64,000 bases of DNA from Vulcanimicrobiota bacterium (GCA_050250895.1 JBFWNU010000001.1:2692891-2756890), one strand, 5' to 3'; positions 1 to 9,479 are shown, numbered from the stretch's first letter. The notes: generated by a model not told the origin, from the letters alone. Made by a program: numbers and translations.

Positions 1-632
1 AACAGAACCTCACGAACCTCGCTCCAGAAGATAAAGGTGAGCAGCGCCGACAAAATGAGGAGCACCAGCGTCCAGGGACTGTTGATGACGTGGATGCCGG
101 CGATCACGACTTTCGAGATGATGGGCAGCTCGATCTGCATGGAATCGTACAGTCCGACGAACTTGGGCAACACCATGCGAGAGAGCCCCAGGGTCACCAG
201 AATACAGGCGCTGGCGTTGATCATCGGCCCGGTCAGGGCGCTCTTGACCTGGCCGACCAGGTGCTGCTTGCGATCGAGTAGCTCGGAGGCCCGCCACAGT
301 CGGGCCGCGAAGTCCCCGCTCTCTTCGCCGGCCCGAAACATCAGCAGGGTCCCGTCGGTAAAGATCTGCGGATGGCGGGATGCAGCGCTGGAGAAGGACC
401 AGCCTTTACGAATGACATGCTCGGCGATATCATCAAAGACCTCACGCAAGCGCGGGTGCTCGGTTTCGGTGCCGAGGATGTGCAGCGCCTCGGGGAAGGC
501 GATACCGGTAGAAAGCATCAGCGAAAGCTGCTGCAACGCGCCCGAGACATCCGTCCGGTTGGGATTACCGTTCAGACGCCGACGCAGTTCGCGTAATCGG
601 CCCCGCACCCGCTCCTTGAGGTCCTTTGACAA
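1..632 (-). CDS. Type II secretion F / PilC family inner-membrane platform protein (partial, 3' end runs off the left edge)
   Basis: Not in the ORF track. Manual minus-strand translation from TTG at 632 (GGAGGG upstream): LSKDLKERVRGRLRELRRRLNGNPNRTDVSGALQQLSLMLSTGIAFPEALHIL...FSSAASRHPQIF...FRAGEESGD...VKSALTGP...VLPKFVGLYDSMQIELPIISK, typical T2SSF motifs. Confidence 0.85.
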   Translation of the reverse strand, partial: MSKDLKERVRGRLRELRRRLNGNPNRTDVSGALQQLSLMLSTGIAFPEALHILGTETEHPRLREVFDDIAEHVIRKGWSFSSAASRHPQIFTDGTLLMFRAGEESGDFAARLWRASELLDRKQHLVGQVKSALTGPMINASACILVTLGLSRMVLPKFVGLYDSMQIELPIISKVVIAGIHVINSPWTLVLLILSALLTFIFWSEVREVL

Positions 633-727
633 ATCCCCTCCGACCTTCTTAGTTCTACCAGAGCCGGGATTCCCCTCGCGTGACGAAAGTTACCGAACTA
701 GACGGCCCAGCTAGCTATATTGGGCCT

Positions 728-1369
728 ATGAAGATAACCGGCTTTCCTCTCAACGCAAACGCCTACCGGCCCGACCAGTTAACCATCACCAGCCATGAGG
801 CGCCTTCAGACAGCGTGTTCCTCGGCTTTACCACCGTCACCCACGAGGACGAAGGGCTGCTGATGCGCCAGGCCACCCTCAAGAACGGCCTGGAGTTGAC
901 TGAACAGGTCGCCAGCGGCAAGGTAACGGTAGCCCAGGGCGACGAGACGGTGGCTGAATTTGCGGCCAGCAAGTTGCGCCTGCCTCAGGAGAATCGTAAC
1001 TACCTGGTGGTCGAAAACAACGACCTCGAACAGAGGGTCTTCCACAATGGAGGTATTCTCTTGGTCGATCACGCTCAAGTCGGCCACCATCTGGATACCC
1101 CGCCGCGCCATCTTCCTCGCGGTTTTCAGGCCGACCAGTATCTGGTCACGGCCAAAGGGGCCGTGGTCGGTCAGCAGTACGCTCGTAAGGATGCCCGTTT
1201 CTCTTTGCGCAGTCCTCAGTTCGTGACCGCCTGGTTGACCTCCGACGGTAGCGTGCAAGTTCCGAAGTTGGGCGCCAATTTGACCGACTGGAAGACGCTC
1301 AAGCCTTTTGTCACCAACCGTCAACTGGTGCGCACCAAAACCACCGAGGCCAGTGAGTTGACGGTGTAG
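728..1369 (+). CDS. Hypothetical protein
   Basis: ORF 680..1369; likely start ATG 728 (MKITGFPLNANAYRP...). Divergent from the PilC gene; 3' end overlaps the convergent nitrilase gene. No family recognised. Confidence 0.6.
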   Translation: MKITGFPLNANAYRPDQLTITSHEAPSDSVFLGFTTVTHEDEGLLMRQATLKNGLELTEQVASGKVTVAQGDETVAEFAASKLRLPQENRNYLVVENNDLEQRVFHNGGILLVDHAQVGHHLDTPPRHLPRGFQADQYLVTAKGAVVGQQYARKDARFSLRSPQFVTAWLTSDGSVQVPKLGANLTDWKTLKPFVTNRQLVRTKTTEASELTV

Positions 1370-2823
1370 AGGTCCGTGCGGCGGTCGCGCAGGTGGCGCA
1401 CGCTGCCCATTTCGCGGGCCTGGGTCAACGCCTCGAGGTCGAGATCGCTGATGACCACCGTCTCGCTGTCGAACTCGGCTGCCGCGGCCACACCGTCTTT
1501 GGGAAAGGCAAAGTCGCAGGGGGTGCAGACCATGGCTTCGGCATAGTTGCCCACGTTGCCGGCCAGCACGGTATAGACCTCGTTCTCGACCGCTCTCGCC
1601 TGACCCGAGTAGCGAATCCGAAGATAGGCCTTGCGTTCATCGGTACGGAACGGCACGAACAGGATCTCCGCTCCGGCCAGGGTGAGCAGCCTGGCAAGTT
1701 CGGGAAATTCGACATCGTAGCCGACCAGCATGGCCACGCGTCCGTAACCGGTCTCGAAGACCCGCAGTTCACGCCCGGGCGTCAGGCCGTCATGCTGACG
1801 TTCGCGGGGGGTGAGATGCAGTTTCTCTTGGAGGCAGACTTCGCCGCCGGGCGTGAACAGGTGAGCCACGTTATAGAGGCGGCCTTCTTCGGCCACCGGA
1901 AAGCTGCCCGCCAGGATAAACAAGCCCGAGGCCAACGCGGACTGACGAAACAGCTTGAGGTAGTCAGGTCGGGATTCGGCCAGTTTGCCGACGGTGGCCG
2001 GCTCGGAAAGGCCCATCCCGAACAGTTCTGGAAAGACCAGAAAGTGGCAATGATAGCGTTCGGCCGTGGCCACGAAGAAGTTGACCTGCCCAACCACATA
2101 CTGCCATGAGGCCACCGCACCGACCTGAAACTGGGCCACACACACCCTGACCTTGCGCACCGGACGCGTGAGAGGAGCGGCGGCGATGCGTCTGCGTTCG
2201 GGCCGGAAGAACGGGTTCTCGTATTCGAGAAAGGTGGCGTAGTCGAGACTCTGCTCGTCGTGGAGATAGCCCATTTGCACGCCTTTGACCTGATAGCCGG
2301 CCTTGAGGTGGGCATTGAGCGACGAGTCCGAGAGCCGACCCGCCAGCACTTCGGCCACATACTCTTCAGGACTCAGACGTCCCGCCTGGCTCTTGTAGCC
2401 GGGGATGCGACCACCTGCGACCATGCGGCGAAGATTCAGGCGGCGCACCAGTTGCTTGCGAGCCTCGTAGAGTTTGCCAGCCACCCCTTCGCCCCGATGT
2501 CCCGGATGGACCGCGATGTCGGCGCCGTAGAGAGTATCCCCGCTGGGGTCGTGGGTGGTGAACGTTCCCCCGCCCGTGATCTCCTGGTAGGAGTACCAGG
2601 GCGAGTCGGCATCCAGGCTGACGATGAGCGAGGTTGCATAGCCCACCACCTCGTCGCCGCGAGTGGCTACCAGGATTCCGTCGGGAAAGGTCTCGAACTG
2701 CATCCGCAAGAGACGCTCGTCACACAGCGCGCTGGCCGGAAGCCCGGCATAGGCGGCTGCCTGGCAGGCGTAGATCGAGGGAATATCCCGCTCGTTGGCG
2801 CGCCGTACTCTGAGTCTGCTCAC
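1321..2823 (-). CDS. Bifunctional GNAT acetyltransferase / carbon-nitrogen hydrolase (nitrilase family)
   Basis: N-terminal GNAT (DIAVHPGHRGEGVAGKLYEARK, GGRIPGY). C-terminal CN-hydrolase (FPEL, QEKLHLTP, GYDVEFPE, RAVENE, RDRRTDLY). The usual catalytic Cys position (ICYD) reads VGYD. Confidence 0.85.
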   Translation of the reverse strand: MSRLRVRRANERDIPSIYACQAAAYAGLPASALCDERLLRMQFETFPDGILVATRGDEVVGYATSLIVSLDADSPWYSYQEITGGGTFTTHDPSGDTLYGADIAVHPGHRGEGVAGKLYEARKQLVRRLNLRRMVAGGRIPGYKSQAGRLSPEEYVAEVLAGRLSDSSLNAHLKAGYQVKGVQMGYLHDEQSLDYATFLEYENPFFRPERRRIAAAPLTRPVRKVRVCVAQFQVGAVASWQYVVGQVNFFVATAERYHCHFLVFPELFGMGLSEPATVGKLAESRPDYLKLFRQSALASGLFILAGSFPVAEEGRLYNVAHLFTPGGEVCLQEKLHLTPRERQHDGLTPGRELRVFETGYGRVAMLVGYDVEFPELARLLTLAGAEILFVPFRTDERKAYLRIRYSGQARAVENEVYTVLAGNVGNYAEAMVCTPCDFAFPKDGVAAAAEFDSETVVISDLDLEALTQAREMGSVRHLRDRRTDLYTVNSLASVVLVRTS

Positions 2824-2900
2824 TCCGTTGGCTTCGGCTCACGGGCACACCTCGCCCTGCAATTCAGGGCTCTTTGAGGGTCGCGGGCTAGGCTCGAGGC

Positions 2901-4691
2901 ATGCTAATAGGACCCGTGCGCCCAAATACCCGCGTTTCCCACCCTGCTACCCCGGCCAGGGCCGAGGCGAGCTCAGCCCCCCAGGATCAAGTGTCGGTGA
3001 GCCATTCCGGGGCCCGGCCCTGGGACGAGCTACGCAAGGCCGGCCTGATGAGTTCCTTGTCGGGCCTGAGCGGCAATCTGGGTGGAGCCCTCTCGGCAGC
3101 CACCCGCCAGGGTCTGCTTGAGACGTTCGAGCGTCTGCAGGACCAGGGCGTGACTTTCCAATACCGGCGCAAGTTTTATATTCCATTTCTGCAAGACAAG
3201 TTCAAGCAGGTGACCCCCGAGGCTGCCGTGGGATGGCTCGAAAAGCAAAAGGGTGAGGGCTATATCGAGCGTCTCCAGGTGACCGAGAAGGGTGGCCACA
3301 GCTGGCCCGTGCGTCGCCTCGACGAACTCGAGGCGCTCGACGTGGTGGGCGGCGGCACGGCCCCTTCGGCCGAGCAAAAGACCCGGCTCGAGGTGCTCGA
3401 TAGCCTCACCTCCCAGGGCTTTAGCTATTCTCCCGGTGGCTACTACTATGACGAAAAAGTTCCCAAGCTCGATCGGGCTCAGTTGCTGGCGCGGTTGAGT
3501 CGCACCAACCCGGAGTTCACGGTCAAGAAGGAGCAACTCAGCTTTGGGGTCGGTTCCAGCGAGACGTTGCTGGCTATCGAATACTACCACGGCGACCACA
3601 GTGATCGGGGACTGGCCAATCCCCAACGAGCCAAGCTGCTGGCCGAACTCGACCAGCGCGGTCTGCGCGTCGGCGACCGCGACGATAATCTGGTGGCCAA
3701 CTACCTCAGTGACACCGCCGTGATGTGGGTGCGTCGCCCCGACGGGCCCCCCATCGCGGTCGACCTCAACAAGAACCCCAATCCCGACAAGGTGGTGGGC
3801 GAACTCGATACCTATGCCAAGCGCTACCAACGGTTTTTGCAGCCTGCCCTGGAACGTTGCGGGATCAGCAGCGAGTATGTCCCGCAAGAGGTGAAGGCCG
3901 AAGACGGGCCCCACTCCCCCGAGTTTCGCATGGCCCTCTACAGCGAGTTGCTGGGGGCCACGGTCGACTCGGGCGTGCGCGGCTATGACGCCAACAAACC
4001 CGCTAGCGACCTCTATCGCACTTTGATCTCGAGCAGCGAATCGACCTACGACGTGGCCAAGATGGCCAGGCTGATCCTGCCGGCCCTGCAACAGAAGGGC
4101 CCCAACGCGGCTCGGTCGGTGCTCAACCGCACCACCGAAAAGATGGCCAACATGGCCGCCCCCGGCGGCGATCGCAAGACCCTCAGCGACATCTTCTTTG
4201 AACTGCACGACTCGGTGCCCACCATCAGCGCCTGCATGGAGGGGATCGACCTGGTTCGCATCTCGGTGGACGATACCAGCCTCGAGGACCGCATCGCTCT
4301 CTTCAGAGCCATCGGCAACCGGGAATCGGCCGACACCCTGGGCGACGCCGCCGCCCACTACCGGGCGGTGCTGGTGCACAAAGCTCCCAAAGAGAGCCTG
4401 CTCAAAGCCGGTCAGCGCTTCCAGAAGCTTTTAGTGGGCCTGTCCATCGGCCGCAACCAGGGCCGAGCCGTCGAGATCTTCGCCGCCCTGCAGAAGGGCA
4501 TAGCCTCGGGTGACTACACTTCGGACAAGGCCGATCAAGTGCTCAACGAGTTCCTCGGCCATCTGACCGTCGCCAAGACCTTGGAGGAGGCCCTGGCCAC
4601 GGCTCAATTCGCCGGTCACCTCGACGCCGAGCTGACCCTGGACGAGGACACCCTGGTGGTGGGCGGCTTCGAAGTCCCCCGGGCTGACTAG
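2901..4691 (+). CDS. Hypothetical 596-aa protein
   Basis: Long ORF with GAGG RBS. Low-complexity N-terminus ending in PQDQVSVS; helical C-terminal half ending DEDTLVVGGFEVPRAD. No family recognised. Confidence 0.8.
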   Translation: MLIGPVRPNTRVSHPATPARAEASSAPQDQVSVSHSGARPWDELRKAGLMSSLSGLSGNLGGALSAATRQGLLETFERLQDQGVTFQYRRKFYIPFLQDKFKQVTPEAAVGWLEKQKGEGYIERLQVTEKGGHSWPVRRLDELEALDVVGGGTAPSAEQKTRLEVLDSLTSQGFSYSPGGYYYDEKVPKLDRAQLLARLSRTNPEFTVKKEQLSFGVGSSETLLAIEYYHGDHSDRGLANPQRAKLLAELDQRGLRVGDRDDNLVANYLSDTAVMWVRRPDGPPIAVDLNKNPNPDKVVGELDTYAKRYQRFLQPALERCGISSEYVPQEVKAEDGPHSPEFRMALYSELLGATVDSGVRGYDANKPASDLYRTLISSSESTYDVAKMARLILPALQQKGPNAARSVLNRTTEKMANMAAPGGDRKTLSDIFFELHDSVPTISACMEGIDLVRISVDDTSLEDRIALFRAIGNRESADTLGDAAAHYRAVLVHKAPKESLLKAGQRFQKLLVGLSIGRNQGRAVEIFAALQKGIASGDYTSDKADQVLNEFLGHLTVAKTLEEALATAQFAGHLDAELTLDEDTLVVGGFEVPRAD

Positions 4692-4910
4692 CAGGGAGCG
4701 CGCTCGCTCCGGGTAAGGAGCGACCCTGCGGGTCGGGAGAAGGAGCTCTTGCTTCGCTCGAGGGAAAAGGATCGGCCCTTTGGGCCGGGAGAAGGAGCGG
4801 CCTTCTCCCCGCGTAGCGGCTCCTCGTCGACGCAGCGTCGAAATCTCAGCCGCAGGCTGCTCCCTGTCGACGCGTAGCGTCGAGATCTCCGCGCGAAGCC
4901 ACCGCTCCCC
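4692..4910. repeat. REP-like palindromic repeat cluster between convergent genes
   Basis: Repeated (A/G)GGAGC units with small hairpins (CGACC-CTGCG-GGTCG, GGCCC-TTT-GGGCC) and GTCGACGC...GCGTCG palindromes. Related sequence at 25308-25378, 16180-16400, 18030-18560 and 44970-45747. Confidence 0.7.
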
Positions 4911-5696
4911 TCAAGAGCCGTGGAGGCGATCTAGCAGCAGTTCGGCGGTCTCTTCGGCTTCGCCGCGGGGGCCCTTCCAGCACCTTGCTCCCTGGGCCAC
5001 CACCGGTAAAAAGCGCATGGCCCGCAGCGGCTCGAGTTGGGCCGAGACGGTGTTGGAGAACATCTCGAGGGTGGCCTGGCCGGCGCTGATCTCTTCGGGG
5101 TCCCAGCGGGCTTGCGCTTTATACTCCGTCGAGACCACCGCGGCTACCCTGGCCGGCCCCAGCCCGCTGTGCCAACCCAGCTGGCTGGGTGGAGTAAGGC
5201 GGTTGGGTTGACCCGGGTCTCGCTCTGAAAGGGGACGAGGGAAAGGCGTGACCAGGCCCTGGCTGTCGATCACGGCGTACTCGTCCGAGTAGTAGGCGCA
5301 GCCCTTTTCGACCAGCTTGCGCGTCAGGGTCGACTTGCCGGCGAAACTGCGCCCCGGCAGGATGATCACTCCGCTGGGGCCGAGCACCACTCCGGCGTGC
5401 ACGAAGACCAGGTCGGGGGCATAGGAGGCGATGTCGATGTGCACCAGCTGGCGCAGGCTATCCGCCGTCGAGTCGTGGGTGTTCCAGGGGCGGGGCCGCT
5501 CATCGTCGTGCTCGATGACGATGGTGTCTTCTTCTTGAACCAGGCGAAATTCCGTGTCGAATTCCTCGCCGCCCTGGGCCCAGCCGGGCAGGATCACCTG
5601 GTCGACGAACTCCTCGAACTCCTCGACGTTCCACAAGAACCGCACCCTGTAGCCAAAGGCCTCGACCACTTTCTTGCCGACCCAGCCGTTTTTCAC
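4911..5696 (-). CDS. HprK-related P-loop kinase
   Basis: FVHAGVV...ILPGRSFAGKSTL...YYSDEYAVID...PFPRPL matches the HPr kinase-like C-terminal domain pattern. Confidence 0.75.
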   Translation of the reverse strand: MKNGWVGKKVVEAFGYRVRFLWNVEEFEEFVDQVILPGWAQGGEEFDTEFRLVQEEDTIVIEHDDERPRPWNTHDSTADSLRQLVHIDIASYAPDLVFVHAGVVLGPSGVIILPGRSFAGKSTLTRKLVEKGCAYYSDEYAVIDSQGLVTPFPRPLSERDPGQPNRLTPPSQLGWHSGLGPARVAAVVSTEYKAQARWDPEEISAGQATLEMFSNTVSAQLEPLRAMRFLPVVAQGARCWKGPRGEAEETAELLLDRLHGS

Positions 5697-5719
5697 GCCC
5701 GCGCCTTCGCGGCCAATAC

Positions 5720-5749
5720 AAAAAGTCCCCGGCCGAGCGGGGACTTTTT
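5720..5749. terminator. Intrinsic terminator (downstream of the CHAP gene; symmetric)
   Basis: AAAAAGTCCCC-GGCCGAGC-GGGGACTTTTT hairpin with A/T tracts on both sides. Confidence 0.8.
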
Positions 5750-5762
5750 GGCGGAGACAAGC

Positions 5763-6587
5763 CTACTTCTTCTTGCCCGTGATGACGTAGCCGTCGATTT
5801 TCGAGCTGCCCAGGTCGTAGACATTCTTCTTGACGCTGTCGCTCGAGTTGCCTTCGATGGTGTAGACCTTGCCGTTGGCGACCTTCTCGACGATGCCGAT
5901 GTGGTCCGAGGTTCCGTCCTTTTCCCAGTCGAACAGGATGGCGTCGCCGGGTTTGGGAGTGTACTGGCCGTTGCCGCCCCAGATGCCCTTGCCGTTAGCC
6001 CAGCTTTTGATGGTCGGGCAGTAGTTGGGATTGCTCAGGCCCGAGGTGTCGAGCACGCCGTGATCTTTGAGCATGTTCATGGCGAAGGCCGCGCACCAGG
6101 GAGTGGTGGCCGGGTTGATGCCGCTCTTGCCGGTGACCGACTGGATCGCCGCCGTGTCGCGATTCTCGTTGAGGCCCACCATCGAGTTGGCCTTGGCCAG
6201 CATACCGTCGACCCCGGGAGCGACCGGGCCGGTGGGAATGGGCGCTCCACCACCACCACCGCCACCGCCTCCGCCAGCGCCGGTACTGCCGCCGAGGAAG
6301 TTGTTGGCCGCCGAGCCGAAGCCACCCGCGGGGCTACCGCCCCCGCCGCCGGCGTCGCCAAAACCGGGGTATGCGCCCGGCGAGAATCCGCCGCCGCCCT
6401 GGCCGTGGTTGCCGCCCATCAGTTGGCCGAGCATGCCGCCCATGAGGATACCCATCAACAGTTCGAGCACCATCGACAGTAGCGACCCGACGCCGTTCAT
6501 GATACCGCCGAAGAAGCCGCCGATACCACCCATGCCGAACATGCCGCCTTGATTATTGTTACCGATGAAGTTCATTGGTTGGATCAA
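5763..6587 (-). CDS. CHAP-domain peptidoglycan amidase with Gly/Met-rich N-terminus
   Basis: PWCAAF (catalytic Cys), PKPGDAILFDW, SDHIGIVEK (His), TIEGNS. TTG start with GGAGG RBS. Confidence 0.85.
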   Translation of the reverse strand: MIQPMNFIGNNNQGGMFGMGGIGGFFGGIMNGVGSLLSMVLELLMGILMGGMLGQLMGGNHGQGGGGFSPGAYPGFGDAGGGGGSPAGGFGSAANNFLGGSTGAGGGGGGGGGGAPIPTGPVAPGVDGMLAKANSMVGLNENRDTAAIQSVTGKSGINPATTPWCAAFAMNMLKDHGVLDTSGLSNPNYCPTIKSWANGKGIWGGNGQYTPKPGDAILFDWEKDGTSDHIGIVEKVANGKVYTIEGNSSDSVKKNVYDLGSSKIDGYVITGKKK

Positions 6588-6706
6588 CCTCCATTGTTAG
6601 ATCGTCTTGGTCTGAGAATAGGAAAAGACGATAGTCAGGAGGCTGGAATCGGCTGGAGAATCTTAACTTTTTGTAAATATTTGCCCGGGTGGGCGGGTGA
6701 CAGGCT

Positions 6707-7954
6707 CTAAGGGCCGCCCAGGGGCTGCGGGTCGATGCGCACGACCGAATAGTTGTCAGGGCTCGAGTTCCATTGGGCCCACAGTTGCCCGTCGGGGTCG
6801 ACCTCAAGGTTGGAAAGGTTCGAGATATAACCGCTTGGGTTGGCGGTAGTGTCAGGACCCGTCCACTCGATGGCCATCACCGGGGCCAGCGGCTTCCAGG
6901 TGCCGGAGGATGAGCCGGGCGCGTCGGGAGAAAACTGCTGAACTACCGAAGCCGAGCCAGGGGGGTTTGAAGCCACATACAGCTTGCCGTCACTATCGCT
7001 GGCCAGCCCACCGTCGTAGTTGGGCGGCGCCAGCAGAGAACTGAGACGAGGCACGCCGGTGGTGGGATCGAACTCGTAGCTGAGCGGAGTGGGCAGCGTC
7101 TTCCAGCCGGCACTGTCATGTTGATAGAGCTTGGGGCTCCCTGACGAGGTCGCGCTAGCGAAGGCGCGGGCATCTCCATTCTTGGCGGCGGCTACCTGGG
7201 TCAAAGTGGTGCCCGAAGGAGCGTCGACCCGAGTCCAGGCCATCTCGGTGGAAGGGGTGTTGCCCAGGTTGAGGACCATCAAGCTGTTATCGCCCCCCTG
7301 GCACACCAGCCAGGCATCGCCTCCGGCCGAAAGGCCCGAGATGGCCACGCCGCCCGGCACGTCGGGCATCTGCATCCAACCCTGGCCTTTGCGATAGCGC
7401 CACAACCGGGTCTGGCTGCCGTCGCTACCGATGGCGTAGCAATCTCCGTTCGGAGTGGGAGCAATGGAGAGGACCTGCGGGTGGCCTGGGATCGGAGGTA
7501 GGCTACTCCAGTTCCCGTCGCGCACTGACGAAACCCCCACCGTGTCCGGTCCTCCCCCGGTGTCGGGGGCGACCGAATAGAACTGGCTACTCTCTTCGTC
7601 CTCGGTCAGCATCGGCACGCTCAGGGTGGTAAGCTGGGTGCCCACCCGCGCCTCGCAGCGCAAGACCCAGCGGTCGGCTCCCATGTCCTCGAGCCAGCAT
7701 CGAGTGTCGGGCGTCGACTCGTCGGCGTTGGCCTTGCCCTGGTGCGAGCTGATCCAGTTGGGGTCATTGTTCATCAGATAGACGGACCGGCTGATGCCAC
7801 GCTTGGCCAGGTAGTAGACCTCGGATTTCTGATAGCTGAACAGCGCCGCGTGACTCTGGAAGTTGGCCCGGTAGACGGCGGCGACGGCCCACATCATCAT
7901 GATCATGGCGATCACCAGGGCCGAGAAAAGGATGGCTCCGGTCCGTCGTTTCAT
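6707..7954 (-). CDS. PilX-like minor pilin with C-terminal beta-propeller-like region
   Basis: Class III signal MKRRTG|AILFSALVIAMIMMMW lacking Glu5, followed by SEVYYLAKRG (PilX-type). Repeated W-x-x-L/M-P strands in the C-terminal region. Confidence 0.7.
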   Translation of the reverse strand: MKRRTGAILFSALVIAMIMMMWAVAAVYRANFQSHAALFSYQKSEVYYLAKRGISRSVYLMNNDPNWISSHQGKANADESTPDTRCWLEDMGADRWVLRCEARVGTQLTTLSVPMLTEDEESSQFYSVAPDTGGGPDTVGVSSVRDGNWSSLPPIPGHPQVLSIAPTPNGDCYAIGSDGSQTRLWRYRKGQGWMQMPDVPGGVAISGLSAGGDAWLVCQGGDNSLMVLNLGNTPSTEMAWTRVDAPSGTTLTQVAAAKNGDARAFASATSSGSPKLYQHDSAGWKTLPTPLSYEFDPTTGVPRLSSLLAPPNYDGGLASDSDGKLYVASNPPGSASVVQQFSPDAPGSSSGTWKPLAPVMAIEWTGPDTTANPSGYISNLSNLEVDPDGQLWAQWNSSPDNYSVVRIDPQPLGGP

Positions 7955-8511
7955 TGGTTGTTCCCCGTGTGGATGAAATAGCGAAAGCTTTGATAGTTGT
8001 TGTCTTGCACCCGATGCGGGCTCTTTTGGCCGACGGCCCCGACCACCATGAGGGTCTGGTTTCCCTGGTTCCAGGCGAAAAGGATGGCTCCGTCGCGTCC
8101 CATCGTCACCAGCGGTTGGCGCTGGCCTTGAAAGTCTCGCACTAAGGTGCCGTTTTCGATGTGCATCAGGGCCACATCAGGGTCGGCGGGCGCTCCCGGT
8201 AGCCAGTCGGGATAGCCTTCGGGAGTGAATCGAGGAAGGCCGTCCTGGCGCCGAGCCACCCAATACTCCAAACCTCCGTTGGGGTTGACTCCGATGACGC
8301 GGGCGGTGCGCATCTCGCCCCGGATCCGTTCGAAGACCATCATCATCTGGCCGGTCACGTCGGTGTGGTGAACCGCCTTCTCTGAGGCCATCTGGTTCTG
8401 TCGCATCAAAAGAGCCATGACTGTGGCCATGCCGATAAACAACGTCGAGGCCACCAGCACCTCGATGAGAGTCGAGCCCTTAGTAGTTGTAGAAGGTCGT
8501 TTCCAGAACAT
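7951..8511 (-). CDS. PilW/PulJ-like prepilin
   Basis: KG|STLIEVLVASTLFIGMATVMALL prepilin N-terminus; overlaps both neighbours. Confidence 0.75.
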   Translation of the reverse strand: MFWKRPSTTTKGSTLIEVLVASTLFIGMATVMALLMRQNQMASEKAVHHTDVTGQMMMVFERIRGEMRTARVIGVNPNGGLEYWVARRQDGLPRFTPEGYPDWLPGAPADPDVALMHIENGTLVRDFQGQRQPLVTMGRDGAILFAWNQGNQTLMVVGAVGQKSPHRVQDNNYQSFRYFIHTGNNQ

Positions 8512-8875
8512 AAGTCTTTTCTACGCCGTCTTCGCTCCAGAAGACACGGCTGCGGACGGCCCGCAGCAGGTTGGTGGGATCCTCATAACCCAGGTCTTCG
8601 ACCACGAAGTCGAAATCGGGGAACTGGGTGGATTTCAGTCGGGGGGTATTGATGTTGGCGGGTGGAGTGTGGAAGTTGACCTTGAGCACCGACTCGACCA
8701 GCGCCAATTCGGTGGAGGCGATCATGTTGGCGATGTGCCGATTGCGATTACCGGTGGTGGCCCGTAAGGTATAGGCGTTGACGCTGACGATGGCAAAGAT
8801 GCCGATCAAAAGCACCAGCATGGCCACCAGGGCCTCGGTCAGGTTGAATCCTCTAGAATTCCCCAACCGGCACAT
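8480..8875 (-). CDS. PilV-like prepilin
   Basis: Within ORF 8480..9037; likely start ATG 8875: MCRLGNSRG|FNLTEALVAMLVLLIGIFAIV, C-terminal VRSRVFW. Confidence 0.75.
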   Translation of the reverse strand: MCRLGNSRGFNLTEALVAMLVLLIGIFAIVSVNAYTLRATTGNRNRHIANMIASTELALVESVLKVNFHTPPANINTPRLKSTQFPDFDFVVEDLGYEDPTNLLRAVRSRVFWSEDGVEKTYVLETTFYNY

Positions 8876-9368
8876 AGCGCTTTCGACCGGCAGGCACTCC
8901 CGGAGCCAGCCCCATGTCGACCTGTCCGGTGGTCGAGGTGGTCTGAGTGAAGAACTTGATCTGGTGGTTGTTATAGAGGAAGTCGGGGCGCTGTCGAACG
9001 ATGGTGGGCAAAGGGCCGAGCAAGCTCGGTCCGCCACCCCACACCCCGAATCCCCCCGTGATGTTGGAAGGGGTGAAGCTTACTGGTCCCGGTGGAACGG
9101 CGGCCGGGATGGTGACGTTGCCCAGGGCTCCAAAGCCCAGGGGCGAGCCCGAGCCGATCGATCCCCCGTCGAAGAAGATACTGCCGTCCCGTGGCGAGAT
9201 CACGGCCGAGCCGAAGTTTCCAAAGTCGCCAGTGGTGATCCGAAAAACGTTGAGCGGAACCGAGTTGACTGCTGGGTCCTGGCTGCTGAGCAAAGTCTGA
9301 GCGTCAGCAGACGAGAAGGTCAGCCCCATGAGCAGACAGGCTATCGGCAACCAGCGGATGCGGTCCAT
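8853..9368 (-). CDS. Secreted hypothetical protein
   Basis: MDRIRWLPIACLLMGLTFSSADA|Q Sec-type signal peptide; Gly/Pro-rich body; first gene of the pilin cassette. Confidence 0.6.
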   Translation of the reverse strand: MDRIRWLPIACLLMGLTFSSADAQTLLSSQDPAVNSVPLNVFRITTGDFGNFGSAVISPRDGSIFFDGGSIGSGSPLGFGALGNVTIPAAVPPGPVSFTPSNITGGFGVWGGGPSLLGPLPTIVRQRPDFLYNNHQIKFFTQTTSTTGQVDMGLAPGVPAGRKRYVPVGEF

Positions 9369-9479
9369 CCTTCGAGCCCTCCCTTCGCAAGGTAGATCCA
9401 ACCTGATTCAAGATTTCTGGACGAGAGCAAGGAACCCCTTCTGGAGGGGTCGCGTTGCGACCAGGGCGAAGATTTCCCT

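Noticed and set aside
37-714. 225-aa plus-strand ORF
   Set aside because: Antisense shadow of the minus-strand PilC gene (1-632).
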